DNA of 64,000 nt from the sequence record PV730300.1. The stretch is one strand, 5' to 3'. Positions 1 through 10,946 of this stretch are shown here, piece after piece; the first letter of the stretch is position 1; each line of letters opens with the position of its first letter. This DNA comes from a phage. The notes beneath the pieces are model-generated. The model ran no database searches. It saw only the letters and a list, made by a program, of their open reading frames with translations, and had not been told where the DNA came from. The position numbers were made by a program, and so were the translations under genes.

Positions 1-31
1 AGATTTAAGTTCAGAGAAACTTTGGTTTAAA

Positions 32-1651
32 ATGGAAATTAGTCAAAACATGCCAGGTTTTAAAGAAGAACCTTTGGTGCCGACTTTGACTGTAACCCTC
101 CTGGATAAAAGTGTTCATTATGTCAGTTTAGGATTCTATGCTTCAGATATTTCAGAAGATGGTAAAACAGCCACAATCAAGCTAGATTTTGGTAATATCT
201 TTTCTGGCCCTAATAATGATATTCCTTTGGATATGAGTGCCGTAGACAATATTTTCTTCTCTTTGATTACAGCAAGGTATGAAAAAATAGAGGAGATTGT
301 ACCTATTGACAGTCAAGAGGCTTGGTTTACTTTCACTCTTCTTGAACCTACTTCTGGTTATAGTATGATGAAAGTCAGCAACCTTGTCCAGCCTGAACAT
401 GATATTCGCATGTGCACATCTTATGATGATATGTATAACCTGACTCCAGAGAGAGTTATTTATAATACATATGCACTAGGTTATCGTGGAATGATTAACC
501 ATTACAACGGAATGTCTCACTATTATGAGTTCTCATGGAACGGAACATCTTGGGCTTTAAATAGATCTGTTTTCCTGAATCCGGCTACAGAAGCTTGGCT
601 TAACAGTTTCCATTCTATAGCTAATGAAAATGGCTACACAATAATGAACTCTTTGAGTTTTGAGTTGATGAGCACAGTTTGTCCTGTTGAATGGGTCCAG
701 CATGATTGGAACGATGCTCTTGCAGCAACAGGGTATAAGCCTCCTAGTTACGTGTTGTCTCCAACTATTGACGAAGGCATGGAATATTTGCAAAATGTTA
801 TTAACAAAATAGCATCTATTTCTCAAGCTAATAACATTCCAGTCGTCATTCAAATTGGTGAACCTTGGTGGTGGTATAATACAGCAAGTAAAATGCCTTG
901 CATATACGATTACACTACCAAACTGGCATTCAACACAGAAACTGGCTTATTTGCACAAGATGCAGGAACAATAGATAATTATAAAACAGGAACGCCGTTT
1001 GACGAATACTATGCGTTTTTGTCTCGTAAACTAGGATTAAGAGTTACAAAGTTTGCAACAGACACTAGAGCAACTTATCCAGGAGCTAAAGTAACATTGC
1101 TGCCATTCTTACCATCAATTATCGGCAATGGTTTAATGGAGAAAGTTAACTTTCCGTCTGATTACTACATTCCTGAAGCTTTTGATTTTTATTGTTCAGA
1201 GTGTTACGACTGGCTTCTGGAAGGTAAAATGATGAAAGCATTTGATGCAATTACCATACCACATGAAAAATTAGGTTTTGAATATTCTGATATTCACTAT
1301 CTTGCAGGTTTTGTTCCAGATGCTACTCTTGCCCCTTTGTATGGCTTTGATCCTGAATCAAACTACCGCACGTATCTTTGGAAAATGATTATAGGTAACA
1401 TAGTGTTGAACGCCAATAAGTTTGACGGACTTACACAATATATATGGGCCTATCCTCAAATAATGCACGATTCTATCACGGTAGTTAATTCTCAATCCCA
1501 AGTTTTCTATATGGGTAACGTGCCTTTGAACGCTTATTTACAGGATATCACTCTTAAGCAGGTAAATGTTGAGATTGCCACCCTAAGTGGAATTACATTA
1601 GCCACTAAATCTGGAGAAGATTTAGTAACAACACAAAAATTTTATATATAG
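32..1651 (+). CDS. hypothetical protein, probably virion/tail-associated (539 aa)
   Basis: Long ORF opening a co-directional block of tail genes; next gene starts 9 nt after its stop; no catalytic motif recognised. Confidence 0.5.
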   Translation: MEISQNMPGFKEEPLVPTLTVTLLDKSVHYVSLGFYASDISEDGKTATIKLDFGNIFSGPNNDIPLDMSAVDNIFFSLITARYEKIEEIVPIDSQEAWFTFTLLEPTSGYSMMKVSNLVQPEHDIRMCTSYDDMYNLTPERVIYNTYALGYRGMINHYNGMSHYYEFSWNGTSWALNRSVFLNPATEAWLNSFHSIANENGYTIMNSLSFELMSTVCPVEWVQHDWNDALAATGYKPPSYVLSPTIDEGMEYLQNVINKIASISQANNIPVVIQIGEPWWWYNTASKMPCIYDYTTKLAFNTETGLFAQDAGTIDNYKTGTPFDEYYAFLSRKLGLRVTKFATDTRATYPGAKVTLLPFLPSIIGNGLMEKVNFPSDYYIPEAFDFYCSECYDWLLEGKMMKAFDAITIPHEKLGFEYSDIHYLAGFVPDATLAPLYGFDPESNYRTYLWKMIIGNIVLNANKFDGLTQYIWAYPQIMHDSITVVNSQSQVFYMGNVPLNAYLQDITLKQVNVEIATLSGITLATKSGEDLVTTQKFYI

Positions 1652-1659
1652 GAGTAAAA

Positions 1660-3300
1660 ATGTCAACTACAATTACTAATTTACCTGAAACATCAAAAGT
1701 TAATGGTTCTGATTACCTGGTTTTAGACCAACCTGATAAGACTGTTAAAAGCACAGTTTCCAACTTTCTTACTGACACTGGGGTGGTTTTAGCCACCCAG
1801 TTGAAAGATACAGATGGAGCAGGTTTAGTTAACACATCTAGCGGAGATTCAGTCCAAACCGTTATTGATTATCTGATAGATACTGACCTGGCTCATCTTA
1901 GTAATCTGGCTACTGCCAAAGCGTCTACCATTAAAGCCAACAACATTAATATTGCTTATAAATATGGTAATGTTTCTTATCTCTCTACCGGCACTACTGG
2001 TACGCCTTCAACTGGTAACGCACATACTTTTTATGATGCAACTGGTAAGGGGTTTAAGATAAATGCACCGCAACGGCAGAAAAACACTTCTGGTGTAATA
2101 GCATTCTCGGAAGTATGGACTAAGTTAGATTTAGACCCTACTCTATTCGAAAAAGCAATATCGCTAGGAATTGGTACATTCATGTTCTATACCTGGACAG
2201 CGCCAGTACAGACATATAAAGATTTCCTCGACCTTGCGAGTATTTACGGATTTGATGTTATTTTACAGGCAGTACCAAATAGTACGTATTCATCCGACCT
2301 GGACGCGGATTTCGCTAAACTGTCTCCTTTATTCGACCATGACGCTGTAGTAGGGTTATACCTATTCGACGAGCCGAACTTGTCTACATACCCTCTTACC
2401 CGCCAGGGTGAGATTATTGCTAAAGCGAAAACACTTAGTAACCTACCGCTGTACGCCGCTAGTAATGCAGAAGTTAACGGGGAATCTCTACCACTCCATA
2501 TGGATATTGATTACGTATTTACATCCCAGTACGCGCATTTCATAGGTGCAGTTGGTATCCGTCGATACGCTGCCTCTATGTGGTCGGCTATGGAGGAGGA
2601 GGGGATGAGGGCAGGACGTATCATCCCGTTACTAACAGCGTATTGGTATGAGAACGAGGCCCCAACTTTAAAATCCGCACAGATTACAGCGGTTAATAAC
2701 TTCATCTGTAAAAACTTTTCTAAGATTGGCATGTGGGCTTTCTATGCTAATAAAAATGGGCACTTTCTGGAAAACGATGACCAGATATATAATCTCGTGA
2801 AACAAAGTCTTGCCATCCGCAAGAGTAAAATAAAAGACTGTAAGTTGATACGTACACTATTCCGAAAGGCTAACGCCCTGCCCGCTAACTGCTATAAATA
2901 CCAGACAAAACCAACTGTCGTAGGGGATGTGTTCTGGCTAGATCCTGCATCAACCGCTACATGGAACGACCCCGCAGGAGTTATTCGAATTAAGACAGGG
3001 GAGCAATTCGCCATAAACTTTGGGCGACCAGTACGTCTGGAGGCGATTATAGCAGCTTTCACCGACAACAACGGTTCAAGTAACAGCGCCACCCTGTCCC
3101 TCACTTTCAACCCAACTATCGCATCTGGTAGGGTGTATGATACTACTGTCACAAAAGTAGGCGGCGGCGATTTTGAGTGGTTTTTTACGGATTTATCGAA
3201 CCCACCACATTTAGTTACTACAGTGGCTATAAAGGTTGTATCGTCTACTGGCTCTGACTATCTGATATTGGAGCGTATTGGTTTTGTAGTAACTGAGTAA
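1660..3300 (+). CDS. putative tail fiber/tailspike protein (546 aa)
   Basis: N-terminal LPETSKVNGSDYLVLDQ-type segment typical of fiber/spike anchor regions; sits in tail module; followed by terminator. Confidence 0.5.
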   Translation: MSTTITNLPETSKVNGSDYLVLDQPDKTVKSTVSNFLTDTGVVLATQLKDTDGAGLVNTSSGDSVQTVIDYLIDTDLAHLSNLATAKASTIKANNINIAYKYGNVSYLSTGTTGTPSTGNAHTFYDATGKGFKINAPQRQKNTSGVIAFSEVWTKLDLDPTLFEKAISLGIGTFMFYTWTAPVQTYKDFLDLASIYGFDVILQAVPNSTYSSDLDADFAKLSPLFDHDAVVGLYLFDEPNLSTYPLTRQGEIIAKAKTLSNLPLYAASNAEVNGESLPLHMDIDYVFTSQYAHFIGAVGIRRYAASMWSAMEEEGMRAGRIIPLLTAYWYENEAPTLKSAQITAVNNFICKNFSKIGMWAFYANKNGHFLENDDQIYNLVKQSLAIRKSKIKDCKLIRTLFRKANALPANCYKYQTKPTVVGDVFWLDPASTATWNDPAGVIRIKTGEQFAINFGRPVRLEAIIAAFTDNNGSSNSATLSLTFNPTIASGRVYDTTVTKVGGGDFEWFFTDLSNPPHLVTTVAIKVVSSTGSDYLILERIGFVVTE

Positions 3301-3309
3301 TAATACATT

Positions 3310-3335
3310 CCCCTCTTAGGAGGGGTCTTTTTCTT
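3310..3335 (+). terminator. rho-independent terminator
   Basis: CCCCTC-ttag-GAGGGG hairpin followed by a T-run, directly after the stop of 1660-3300. Confidence 0.6.
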
Positions 3336-3355
3336 AGAAAAACAAAGAGGTACTT

Positions 3356-3508
3356 ATGAACGAATTATTCTCCCAAGGCGGTATTGCCCCAGGTATTACT
3401 GCCATTGGTCTTAGTGCTGCCGGAGTATTAGTTCACTCTGCTGGTAATGTGGACCTTGGGGAATTAGCTGCATATCGTGATTTAAAAAGTAATGAGAACG
3501 CACTATGA
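3356..3508 (+). CDS. small hydrophobic protein (50 aa), not in ORF track
   Basis: ATG preceded by AAAGAGG RBS; hydrophobic GIAPGITAIGLSAAGVLV stretch; stop overlaps next ATG (ATGA). Confidence 0.35.
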   Translation: MNELFSQGGIAPGITAIGLSAAGVLVHSAGNVDLGELAAYRDLKSNENAL

Positions 3509-3747
3509 GAAAATTTTTAATAGGTATGTTCTGTACATATCCTGATAATAAAGTCAGTTCTACGAAAGTCTGGAACGCTGTAGGCATGTCGGTTATGACA
3601 GGCATGTTTATCTTTTTAGGAATAGAAAAAGAAATTCCTGAATGGATGGGTTGGGCTTTTGTTTTCATGATAACTCCTTCTCGCCTCATGAAAAATCTTA
3701 TTGATTTACGCTGGGGCAGATCACAATCTACCAAAGAGGATGACTAA
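3505..3747 (+). CDS. small membrane protein (80 aa), holin-like candidate
   Basis: Two hydrophobic segments; translationally coupled to flanking genes; the antisense ORF 3411-3734 is judged spurious. Confidence 0.4.
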   Translation: MRKFLIGMFCTYPDNKVSSTKVWNAVGMSVMTGMFIFLGIEKEIPEWMGWAFVFMITPSRLMKNLIDLRWGRSQSTKEDD

Positions 3748-5234
3748 TGGACGAATATGGTTTGACAGATGCGGGATTTGTAATCCCGACTTTTGACGAT
3801 GTTTTAAACAACTACATGACAGCAGTAAAAAACACATTTGGTGCAGATGCAGCCACTTCGGAAGATACTGTGATCGGACAACTGTTTAGAATAATTGCAT
3901 ACACAGATTACACATTGTGGGAAGGTATGCAAGGTGTTTATAATACTCAAACACTGGATGGTGCAGAAGGTATTTATCTTGATGAAATCTTTTCTAAACG
4001 CGGTTTCTATCGAGCAGGTGCAGCAGCAAGTACAGGTTATGCATATGTTAAGAGTAATAACAAAGCAGCTTGGACTTATGAGCTAGGCACGGATATTTAC
4101 TTCAACTCTGATAGTGATATGAACTACTATGTTAGCACACCAACCATGTTGAATGCTAAGATTGCAGCTTATCAAATCTCTCGTGCTAATGCAACTGCTA
4201 CAGGTGTTCCAAATATTACTTTTTATGCACAAAGTGCGGTCGATGGAGGACTAAACAGCAAAACACTTGCACCTGGTTCTTCTACATTTATAACCGATCT
4301 TGAAACTTTTATCAAGGCAAATTTAACAGAAGCTGATCGTAGTCTTGTATTTTCTGATTCAGGTAACTTATCAATTGGTTTTACTTCTTTAACCAGTGAT
4401 ACTCCAGTGGGGCTGGTAACTCCTATTAAATTTTATGCTAGTGTTCCGGTTGGAACCAAGTGGAGTGAGATTCCGGTAGTTGCAGCAGAGAAAGGATACA
4501 ATCCTGTTGGTGTGGAGTCTATTACAGGGATATCTTCTACCTTTACAGGTTATCTTGACAGTGGTAACTTCTATTCATTTTCTCCTGGTCGAGATGTTGA
4601 GACAGACGCAGAATTCCGCTCTCGTTTCAATGACAACGTTGATGAAGCTAACGCAGGGACACGAGCAGCTATTGTGAAAGCTCTGTTGCTTACAGATGGT
4701 GTTACTAAGGTGAAGATTTATGATAACCCTACGTTACATGATCAAGAACACGCTCCAGCTATGACTTTCCAGACTATAGTTTATGGTGGCAGTGCAGAAG
4801 AAATTGCAAATGTTATCTATAAAACCAAACCAATCAACACTTTGACACACGGAACAACTAACATAACAGTTACAACAGAAGATGGAGGACAAGAAATTAT
4901 TCGCTTCTCCCCTGGTGCTTCTGCTACGTATTCTGTAAAACTTGTTTATCAAACTGTCAACGGAACAACTTTAAGTGGAACAGAAAAACAAAACATCGTA
5001 GAAGCTTTACAAAACCTGCAAGCTTACTTTGAGTTAGGTTCTTCAGTAACGAACGATCAAATCAAAGGTGTTATTTATGCAGCACTTGCTTTTGGACGCT
5101 TGACTTCTCTTCGTGTTTATGTTAAACTTAATACTGAGGATGACAGTAAATATACAGAGAATAATATAGTTCCTGCTTATAATGTTGTCCCTTCTTTTGA
5201 CCTTGATAACATTTCTTACGAGTATGGAGTGTAA
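3747..5234 (+). CDS. baseplate J-like protein (495 aa)
   Basis: N-terminal segment resembles baseplate-J family N-termini; followed by the small protein / fiber / fiber-assembly gene order seen in P2-like tail modules. Confidence 0.5.
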   Translation: MDEYGLTDAGFVIPTFDDVLNNYMTAVKNTFGADAATSEDTVIGQLFRIIAYTDYTLWEGMQGVYNTQTLDGAEGIYLDEIFSKRGFYRAGAAASTGYAYVKSNNKAAWTYELGTDIYFNSDSDMNYYVSTPTMLNAKIAAYQISRANATATGVPNITFYAQSAVDGGLNSKTLAPGSSTFITDLETFIKANLTEADRSLVFSDSGNLSIGFTSLTSDTPVGLVTPIKFYASVPVGTKWSEIPVVAAEKGYNPVGVESITGISSTFTGYLDSGNFYSFSPGRDVETDAEFRSRFNDNVDEANAGTRAAIVKALLLTDGVTKVKIYDNPTLHDQEHAPAMTFQTIVYGGSAEEIANVIYKTKPINTLTHGTTNITVTTEDGGQEIIRFSPGASATYSVKLVYQTVNGTTLSGTEKQNIVEALQNLQAYFELGSSVTNDQIKGVIYAALAFGRLTSLRVYVKLNTEDDSKYTENNIVPAYNVVPSFDLDNISYEYGV

Positions 5235-5236
5235 AA

Positions 5237-5866
5237 ATGGCAGTGAGTGTTGACCATGTAACAACTTGGGCCAGTATCAACGAAGATGTTAAAAACCTTC
5301 TGATTGAAGATTTTAAATCTTCTCCTAACATTGTCAAGCTCCTCTACATCGTATCCAGTGAAAAGCAAAAGATAGATCAGGCAATGATCTATCTTGCTAA
5401 ACACCGCTTGATCTCTACAGCCACAGGCAAATACCTAGATATTCTAGGGGAAGAAATGGGGATCGAACGTAATGGCTCTGATGATGAAGAGTATAGAACA
5501 ATATTAAAAATCAGGGCTTACCGCGTAGCCTCATCGGGGACTCGTGGTGACATAATTGATATCTTCGCCCGTTTCACAGGAACAGAGCGTGAAACGCTTA
5601 ATACTTACGTAGGTTTGAATAAAACCTTTGATGTGTTTTTCTACAACCTGTGTCTTCAATCTGATCAAGCTTTAGAGCAGTTGCTAAGTGTTTTCCCTAT
5701 TATTAGTAGCTACCGTCTTGGAGCAAAAGCAGGATCAGCTTTTGGTTTTAGTTCTTATTATGCTACCAAACCGCCTCATGGTATTGGTGGTTTAGGTTCC
5801 CTGTACATGGAATCTACTGGGGATGAAACAGGACGCATGTGTACGCTTCTCAAGCAAATAGATTAA
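5237..5866 (+). CDS. tail/baseplate protein (209 aa), gpI-like position
   Basis: Position between J-like protein and tail fiber; GGAGTG RBS; function from context only. Confidence 0.4.
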   Translation: MAVSVDHVTTWASINEDVKNLLIEDFKSSPNIVKLLYIVSSEKQKIDQAMIYLAKHRLISTATGKYLDILGEEMGIERNGSDDEEYRTILKIRAYRVASSGTRGDIIDIFARFTGTERETLNTYVGLNKTFDVFFYNLCLQSDQALEQLLSVFPIISSYRLGAKAGSAFGFSSYYATKPPHGIGGLGSLYMESTGDETGRMCTLLKQID

Positions 5867-5875
5867 GGAGTTTAA

Positions 5876-6937
5876 ATGGCGAAGCCAATATATTATCCTG
5901 ACTGGGCTACACAAACTGTAACGCTCCCAGGAACTTTAAACACAAACAAAATTAGACCTAAAGAAACCATCCGCACAGTTGGTATGGATTATGGTCAAAT
6001 CATGACTTGCGAAGAAATGAACTGGATTCTTAATAATATCGGTTTATGGATTCGCTATTTGGTGGATGACTTTCTTCCAACTTTACCTAATACCTACTTG
6101 CCTTTAGTGGGAACTAAGATTACAATGGCAGGTGATGCTACTGGTGAGGCTACTTGGAACGGTAACAAAGAAGTTACTTTATCTATCCAAGTTCAAGATA
6201 ACAGTCATAATCACTTGTCGGCAAACATTACAGATGCCACTAGTTCAACAGTAACACCAAACGTGTTGGTAAAACGTGATGCGGGTGGTGCTATTTATGG
6301 TGGCGATGTTTATGTTAACGGTACTTCCACAACAGATCCTGCAACACTGTTCTTCAAAAACTTCGCAGGACAAACAAATGGTGAGATTTCTGCCGAGTAT
6401 CAAAGCGGAGGTCAGCTTTACATCTATCGTAGAAATCCTAGCACAGGTAATGTATCGGCAGGTGTTCGTTTATATGATGCAGGTTATGTTCTAATAGACA
6501 GTCCAAGATCAAACAGTGGGCAAGATACTTCTAACGGAAACGCTTTAGTTCGCTTAGATTATCTGAATTCTCGTTTGACTTCTCTTCAGAACACATTGCA
6601 GACGAATATTAACACTGTTCAAAACAACCTGAATAGTGTTAACAACAACCTCTCTTCTCGTATAAACAATGTAGAAAGTAATCATCAAAGTCAGATTACA
6701 AATAACTACAACTATGCTAACGGAACCTTTGTAAGAGATATTCGTTATACTAGCCAAGGTGTGTATTATCCCCCAGGGAACGAGGTTTCTTGGACTTATA
6801 TCTGTTCTTCTGGTTATGTTCTTTCTGGTATTATCGTACAGGAAACAGGACGTAGCTCTGCGGATAACATCGGTGGGGTTTACTTCAAACGCCTCCAGCG
6901 CAACGTTAACGGAAACTGGTACGATATTGGAGGCTAA
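5876..6937 (+). CDS. tail fiber protein (353 aa)
   Basis: Central N/Q/S/T-rich heptad-like segment (LQNTLQTNINTVQNNLNSVNNNL) typical of fiber shafts; immediately followed by a fiber-assembly chaperone gene. Confidence 0.6.
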   Translation: MAKPIYYPDWATQTVTLPGTLNTNKIRPKETIRTVGMDYGQIMTCEEMNWILNNIGLWIRYLVDDFLPTLPNTYLPLVGTKITMAGDATGEATWNGNKEVTLSIQVQDNSHNHLSANITDATSSTVTPNVLVKRDAGGAIYGGDVYVNGTSTTDPATLFFKNFAGQTNGEISAEYQSGGQLYIYRRNPSTGNVSAGVRLYDAGYVLIDSPRSNSGQDTSNGNALVRLDYLNSRLTSLQNTLQTNINTVQNNLNSVNNNLSSRINNVESNHQSQITNNYNYANGTFVRDIRYTSQGVYYPPGNEVSWTYICSSGYVLSGIIVQETGRSSADNIGGVYFKRLQRNVNGNWYDIGG

Positions 6938-7483
6938 ATGATATTTACAAACTTTAAAAAATATATTCCTGAAGACCCTGAACTAAAAGAATTGGTAGAA
7001 GCAGAGAACATTCTTTTTCTTCGTTGCGATCAAGGTTACGATTGGTATGATTTACGTAGCACAGAGTTCAATAACGATAAAATGAAAGTCGTTTTTGATG
7101 ATCAAAATCGTATTGTGTTTTGGAATACTGATCCTACACTACTTTGCCCTGAAGATCTTTCTATAGCACAAGTAGACTTTAATATAGATACTTTTGAGGA
7201 TATTAGGAACAAGGTTCTGGATTTAGAAACCTTAACTCTTAAGGATAAAGAGTATTCCCGTGAAGAGTTGATGACACAAGCTAGTGCAAAAATTCGCTCT
7301 TTACAAGAAACAGCGGTAGCACTTATAACACCTTTACAGTATGCTAAAGATTTAGAAATGGCTACTGAAGACGAATTAGCTTATCTTAAAAATCTTCAAG
7401 TTTATGTAGTTAAACTAAATCGTGTTCCGCTTCAAAAAGACTATCCTTACGCTATAGATTGGCCTACATTACCGACAGAATAA
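6938..7483 (+). CDS. tail fiber assembly chaperone (181 aa)
   Basis: C-terminal pattern ending KDYPYAIDWPTLP resembles Tfa-family C-termini; located directly after the fiber gene. Confidence 0.6.
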   Translation: MIFTNFKKYIPEDPELKELVEAENILFLRCDQGYDWYDLRSTEFNNDKMKVVFDDQNRIVFWNTDPTLLCPEDLSIAQVDFNIDTFEDIRNKVLDLETLTLKDKEYSREELMTQASAKIRSLQETAVALITPLQYAKDLEMATEDELAYLKNLQVYVVKLNRVPLQKDYPYAIDWPTLPTE

Positions 7484-7492
7484 GGGATCACT

Positions 7493-7828
7493 ATGGAATT
7501 TCAAGAAGCATGGGGACTTGCAAAGGATGCAATAATCCCTTTAATCGGAGTCATCTGGTTCTTTTTCAAACAAAAAATGGATAAATTCGGCTCTGATCTT
7601 GAGGAAATGGAGGAGAAAAGTCGAGAGCTAGAGAAGAAGTTGGTCTTTGTTGAATCAACTTATGCAACTAAAGCCGAACTTACCCAGATGCTAAATCAAA
7701 TTAACTCTACATTAATGGCAAATAATAACACCCTTGAGCAAAAAATTGAAAAGATTATGGACCTCAAGAATGCGACTATCCAAATGATGCTAGATGACAT
7801 AGTTAAACGTACACAGAATAAGGGGTAA
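7493..7828 (+). CDS. membrane-anchored coiled-coil protein (111 aa)
   Basis: One N-terminal hydrophobic helix (IIPLIGVIWFFF) then charged heptad-like region. Confidence 0.4.
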   Translation: MEFQEAWGLAKDAIIPLIGVIWFFFKQKMDKFGSDLEEMEEKSRELEKKLVFVESTYATKAELTQMLNQINSTLMANNNTLEQKIEKIMDLKNATIQMMLDDIVKRTQNKG

Positions 7829-7831
7829 TTA

Positions 7832-10800
7832 ATGGCAACATTCCCAACATATCCAGCAACGTCTCTCGAACAGGGCGTAGACCTGGTTATTTTCTCATCT
7901 AACCAACTCCATGATGTTATTAATGGAAGTGCTACAGAGAGTATTGAAACAGAATCAGGGTTGATACCAACCCTGAGAAAAGCCCTTGTTGACAACTTTT
8001 TCTTTAAAAGCCCATTGGATTGGGCGCAAGGCACAAACGAAACAGTTTTTAACCAACTTCGTTATTTCCAGAATGGAGTATTGAGCGGTTATTACTATGC
8101 CCCTAACGCTACATTGGTTAACCCAATCCCTATGCAAGGGACTCCAGTAGGAGATAACAACTGGGTATTGTGGGGACTGAAAACAGAACAACTAGCAACA
8201 GAAGTCACCCCGTGGGTATACTCTGGTGCAACGGGTTATGAAACAGTAATTAGTCCTCCTTACATCTTTGATAGTGCTATTGTTACGATCAATGGTGTTA
8301 TTCAGGTTCTGGGGGAAGCTTTCCGTATAGAAGATAGTAAGATCATCTTATCTGAACCTTTGGGACACGATCCTGCAACAGGACTGCCAAACAAGCTTTT
8401 TGCTTATATTGGTAAAATCGTAGCTTCAGCAGATACAGATCCTAACCTAGAGAATCGTCTTGTTAGTTTAGAAACAAAAACGGAAGAACTAACAGAAAGC
8501 ATGGATAAAGTCCCTCTGCAAACTATTGCTCGTAAATATGGTTTGTTAGATGATGAGGTGGCTTACGCAACAGCAGGTCAATCGTTAACAGGGATTAAAG
8601 CTCTGTATGATCCAGTAGCACAGTCTTCCTACACATTACCTCCTAACATCACAGGAACTTTAACATCCTTATCTGTTTCTGGAGTAATGACTTATTCTGG
8701 TGGGTCTGTAGATCTTTCTGCACTAGCTGTTGAACGTGGACAGTTTGTTCATTTGCCTACAAGCTTTGGTAATAACGTAACTCTGACAGCTAAAAATCAG
8801 ACGATTGGACGTGGTGCTGGTCGTTATCGTTGGGCTGGAAGTTTACCAAAAAGTATTTTGGCCTCCGATACATTGGAGACAAGCGGTGGATTAGGTCCAA
8901 ATGCATGGGTTCTGACCAATACAGAAGGACTGTTAACCCCTCGTGGTGGAACATACAACGACTTATTCGATGTTGTCTACTTGTCAGAATTTGCTAACAA
9001 CACAACAGCATATACCACACCAGAAGCAGCTTTCCAAGCAGCACTGTTAGCAGCAAAAGCTTCTAAAAGCAAGATTCTCGATGCTTACGGTTGTGATATG
9101 ACTTTCACGACAAGCTCTTTTGATATTCAAGGTATCACTTTGCGTGGGGGTGTGTTCCGTGGTCAACGCGACTATCGTGTGCAAAATGCTACAGTAGAAG
9201 GCACAACTTTCCGTAACTCTCGTGTTATGTATTGGGGTGGTGCTGTGCGCATGTTCGATTGTTTGTGGGACGGTGCTCCTCGCGCAGGTCAAGTTGGTAG
9301 CTTGGTATTCCAAGGCAACCCAATATCAGGTACTTTTGAAATTGATAACTGTACTTTTAAAAACGGGTTGTATGGCATCCTTCAACAAGGAACAGGGGAA
9401 CCAGTAACACGTGGTGTCTTCCGTAACCTTACCTTCATGGACATGCAAGGTGATGCAATAGAACTGAACGTCATCAATAAACATTATGACGATGGTTGTG
9501 TGATTGAGAATATTTACCTGTCTAATATCGATGGGACTAACGCTCCTATTCCTCTGTCCAACTGGGGTATCGGTATCGGTGTAGCTGGTAAAGGACCATA
9601 TGGTTACGGAATCCCTGATGATCAATATTGCAAGAATATTACAATTCGTAACGTTTTTGCAAAACGTTGTCGTCAGATTGTCCACGTAGAAGTTGGTCGT
9701 AATATCTCTATCGAAAACATTCATGGCGATCCAGACCAGACCGTATCTGTTGGGACAGGTTTGGCAACTGGCGCAGTTGTAATGTATGGAAGTAAAGATT
9801 TTACGATTGACGGTGTTTACGGAGAGCCTAAAACAGACGGTAGCACACTTGCAAGTAATATCCGTATGATTTATTTGGAGTGGGGAACTAACGCAGTTCT
9901 GGATGAAGAGGGTAATCCGGTAGTTCCGGCACAGGGCAGACCTTCAAATCCATGCTTTAACTATTCTGTTCGTAACATTCACACCAAAACTGGGCGTGTT
10001 TTTGCGGGAGTTTCCGCTGGACCAGGTTATGAAAACAGAGTTAGCTTTGAAAATATTCGTTGCGCTGCATTGCAGTTGTTCGGTATAGCTTCTTGGCTTT
10101 CAATGTCTAACATCACCTGTAATATCTTCGATTGTGTTGGTCAACCTGAATCTGGTCCAGGGACATTTTATGATGGATTCTTCCGTAGAGAAAAATCTGT
10201 TCTTGAAATGGTTAACGTAAACTGTTACCCAGATGGCAAGACGATGGTTACTGGTCGTCCACAGTGGAGCCGTTGCCGTTACTCTGATATTCATCGTGTC
10301 AACTGTAATGTTGAAGCTAATATGTATACCAATATCGCAGGTGGTATTGGAGCTATTGTAGGGACAACGGGCAAAGTTTATTACTTAGAGCCTAATCCTA
10401 GTCGAAACATTGATGGAATGCATTTCCCAACAGGGAAAGAGTTTGACAAAGGTGATATGATAGTCAAGGCGGATAATACGTTCTTCCTTGTAACAACAAG
10501 TGGGGCATATATTCCAGATATCCCAGCTTTCGGTATTCGAGCTACACAGGCAGGAGATACCTTCCTAACACAGAACTTGACTCCTAACGGGACAGCAACA
10601 AATGCTTCTTGGTTGTATCATTACCCTCTGTCAGCAGGGACACGTATCCGTATTCCTGGTGCTGGCGTAGGTGGAGCAGATTTGGACACAGTTATTACTC
10701 GTGCACCTTATCAAGATAATGATACGTGGACTAACCCAGTTAAAATAGACATTGCAGATCCAATTGTAACGCCTACAAGTGCTGGAGTTAGAATTAAAAC

Positions 10801-10885
10801 CATACCTAATGATTCCAGCAATGTTTCTGTAGGTAATACTGCGGTTATTCGCCCAACGCCAGTAGTAGATGTGCCAACAACCTAA
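7832..10885 (+). CDS. tailspike/tail fiber protein with predicted right-handed beta-helix (1017 aa)
   Basis: Largest ORF of the tail module; repeated N/G/T-rich rungs (NCTFKNGLYG, NISIENIHGD, NITIRNVF) as in pectate-lyase-fold depolymerases; terminator follows. Confidence 0.55.
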   Translation: MATFPTYPATSLEQGVDLVIFSSNQLHDVINGSATESIETESGLIPTLRKALVDNFFFKSPLDWAQGTNETVFNQLRYFQNGVLSGYYYAPNATLVNPIPMQGTPVGDNNWVLWGLKTEQLATEVTPWVYSGATGYETVISPPYIFDSAIVTINGVIQVLGEAFRIEDSKIILSEPLGHDPATGLPNKLFAYIGKIVASADTDPNLENRLVSLETKTEELTESMDKVPLQTIARKYGLLDDEVAYATAGQSLTGIKALYDPVAQSSYTLPPNITGTLTSLSVSGVMTYSGGSVDLSALAVERGQFVHLPTSFGNNVTLTAKNQTIGRGAGRYRWAGSLPKSILASDTLETSGGLGPNAWVLTNTEGLLTPRGGTYNDLFDVVYLSEFANNTTAYTTPEAAFQAALLAAKASKSKILDAYGCDMTFTTSSFDIQGITLRGGVFRGQRDYRVQNATVEGTTFRNSRVMYWGGAVRMFDCLWDGAPRAGQVGSLVFQGNPISGTFEIDNCTFKNGLYGILQQGTGEPVTRGVFRNLTFMDMQGDAIELNVINKHYDDGCVIENIYLSNIDGTNAPIPLSNWGIGIGVAGKGPYGYGIPDDQYCKNITIRNVFAKRCRQIVHVEVGRNISIENIHGDPDQTVSVGTGLATGAVVMYGSKDFTIDGVYGEPKTDGSTLASNIRMIYLEWGTNAVLDEEGNPVVPAQGRPSNPCFNYSVRNIHTKTGRVFAGVSAGPGYENRVSFENIRCAALQLFGIASWLSMSNITCNIFDCVGQPESGPGTFYDGFFRREKSVLEMVNVNCYPDGKTMVTGRPQWSRCRYSDIHRVNCNVEANMYTNIAGGIGAIVGTTGKVYYLEPNPSRNIDGMHFPTGKEFDKGDMIVKADNTFFLVTTSGAYIPDIPAFGIRATQAGDTFLTQNLTPNGTATNASWLYHYPLSAGTRIRIPGAGVGGADLDTVITRAPYQDNDTWTNPVKIDIADPIVTPTSAGVRIKTIPNDSSNVSVGNTAVIRPTPVVDVPTT

Positions 10886-10891
10886 TGGAAC

Positions 10892-10916
10892 AGAGGGGGA
10901 TTCCCCCTCTTCTTCC
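10892..10916 (+). terminator. rho-independent terminator (weak T tract)
   Basis: AGAGGGGG-att-CCCCCTCT hairpin then TCTTCC, just after the tailspike stop. Confidence 0.45.
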
Positions 10917-10946
10917 AATAGAATGGTCTAATGATAGGAGAGATAA

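Noticed and set aside
3411-3734. 107-aa minus-strand ORF between tail genes
   Set aside because: Antisense to two co-directional small plus-strand ORFs that have ribosome-binding sites and translational coupling, inside a plus-strand operon.
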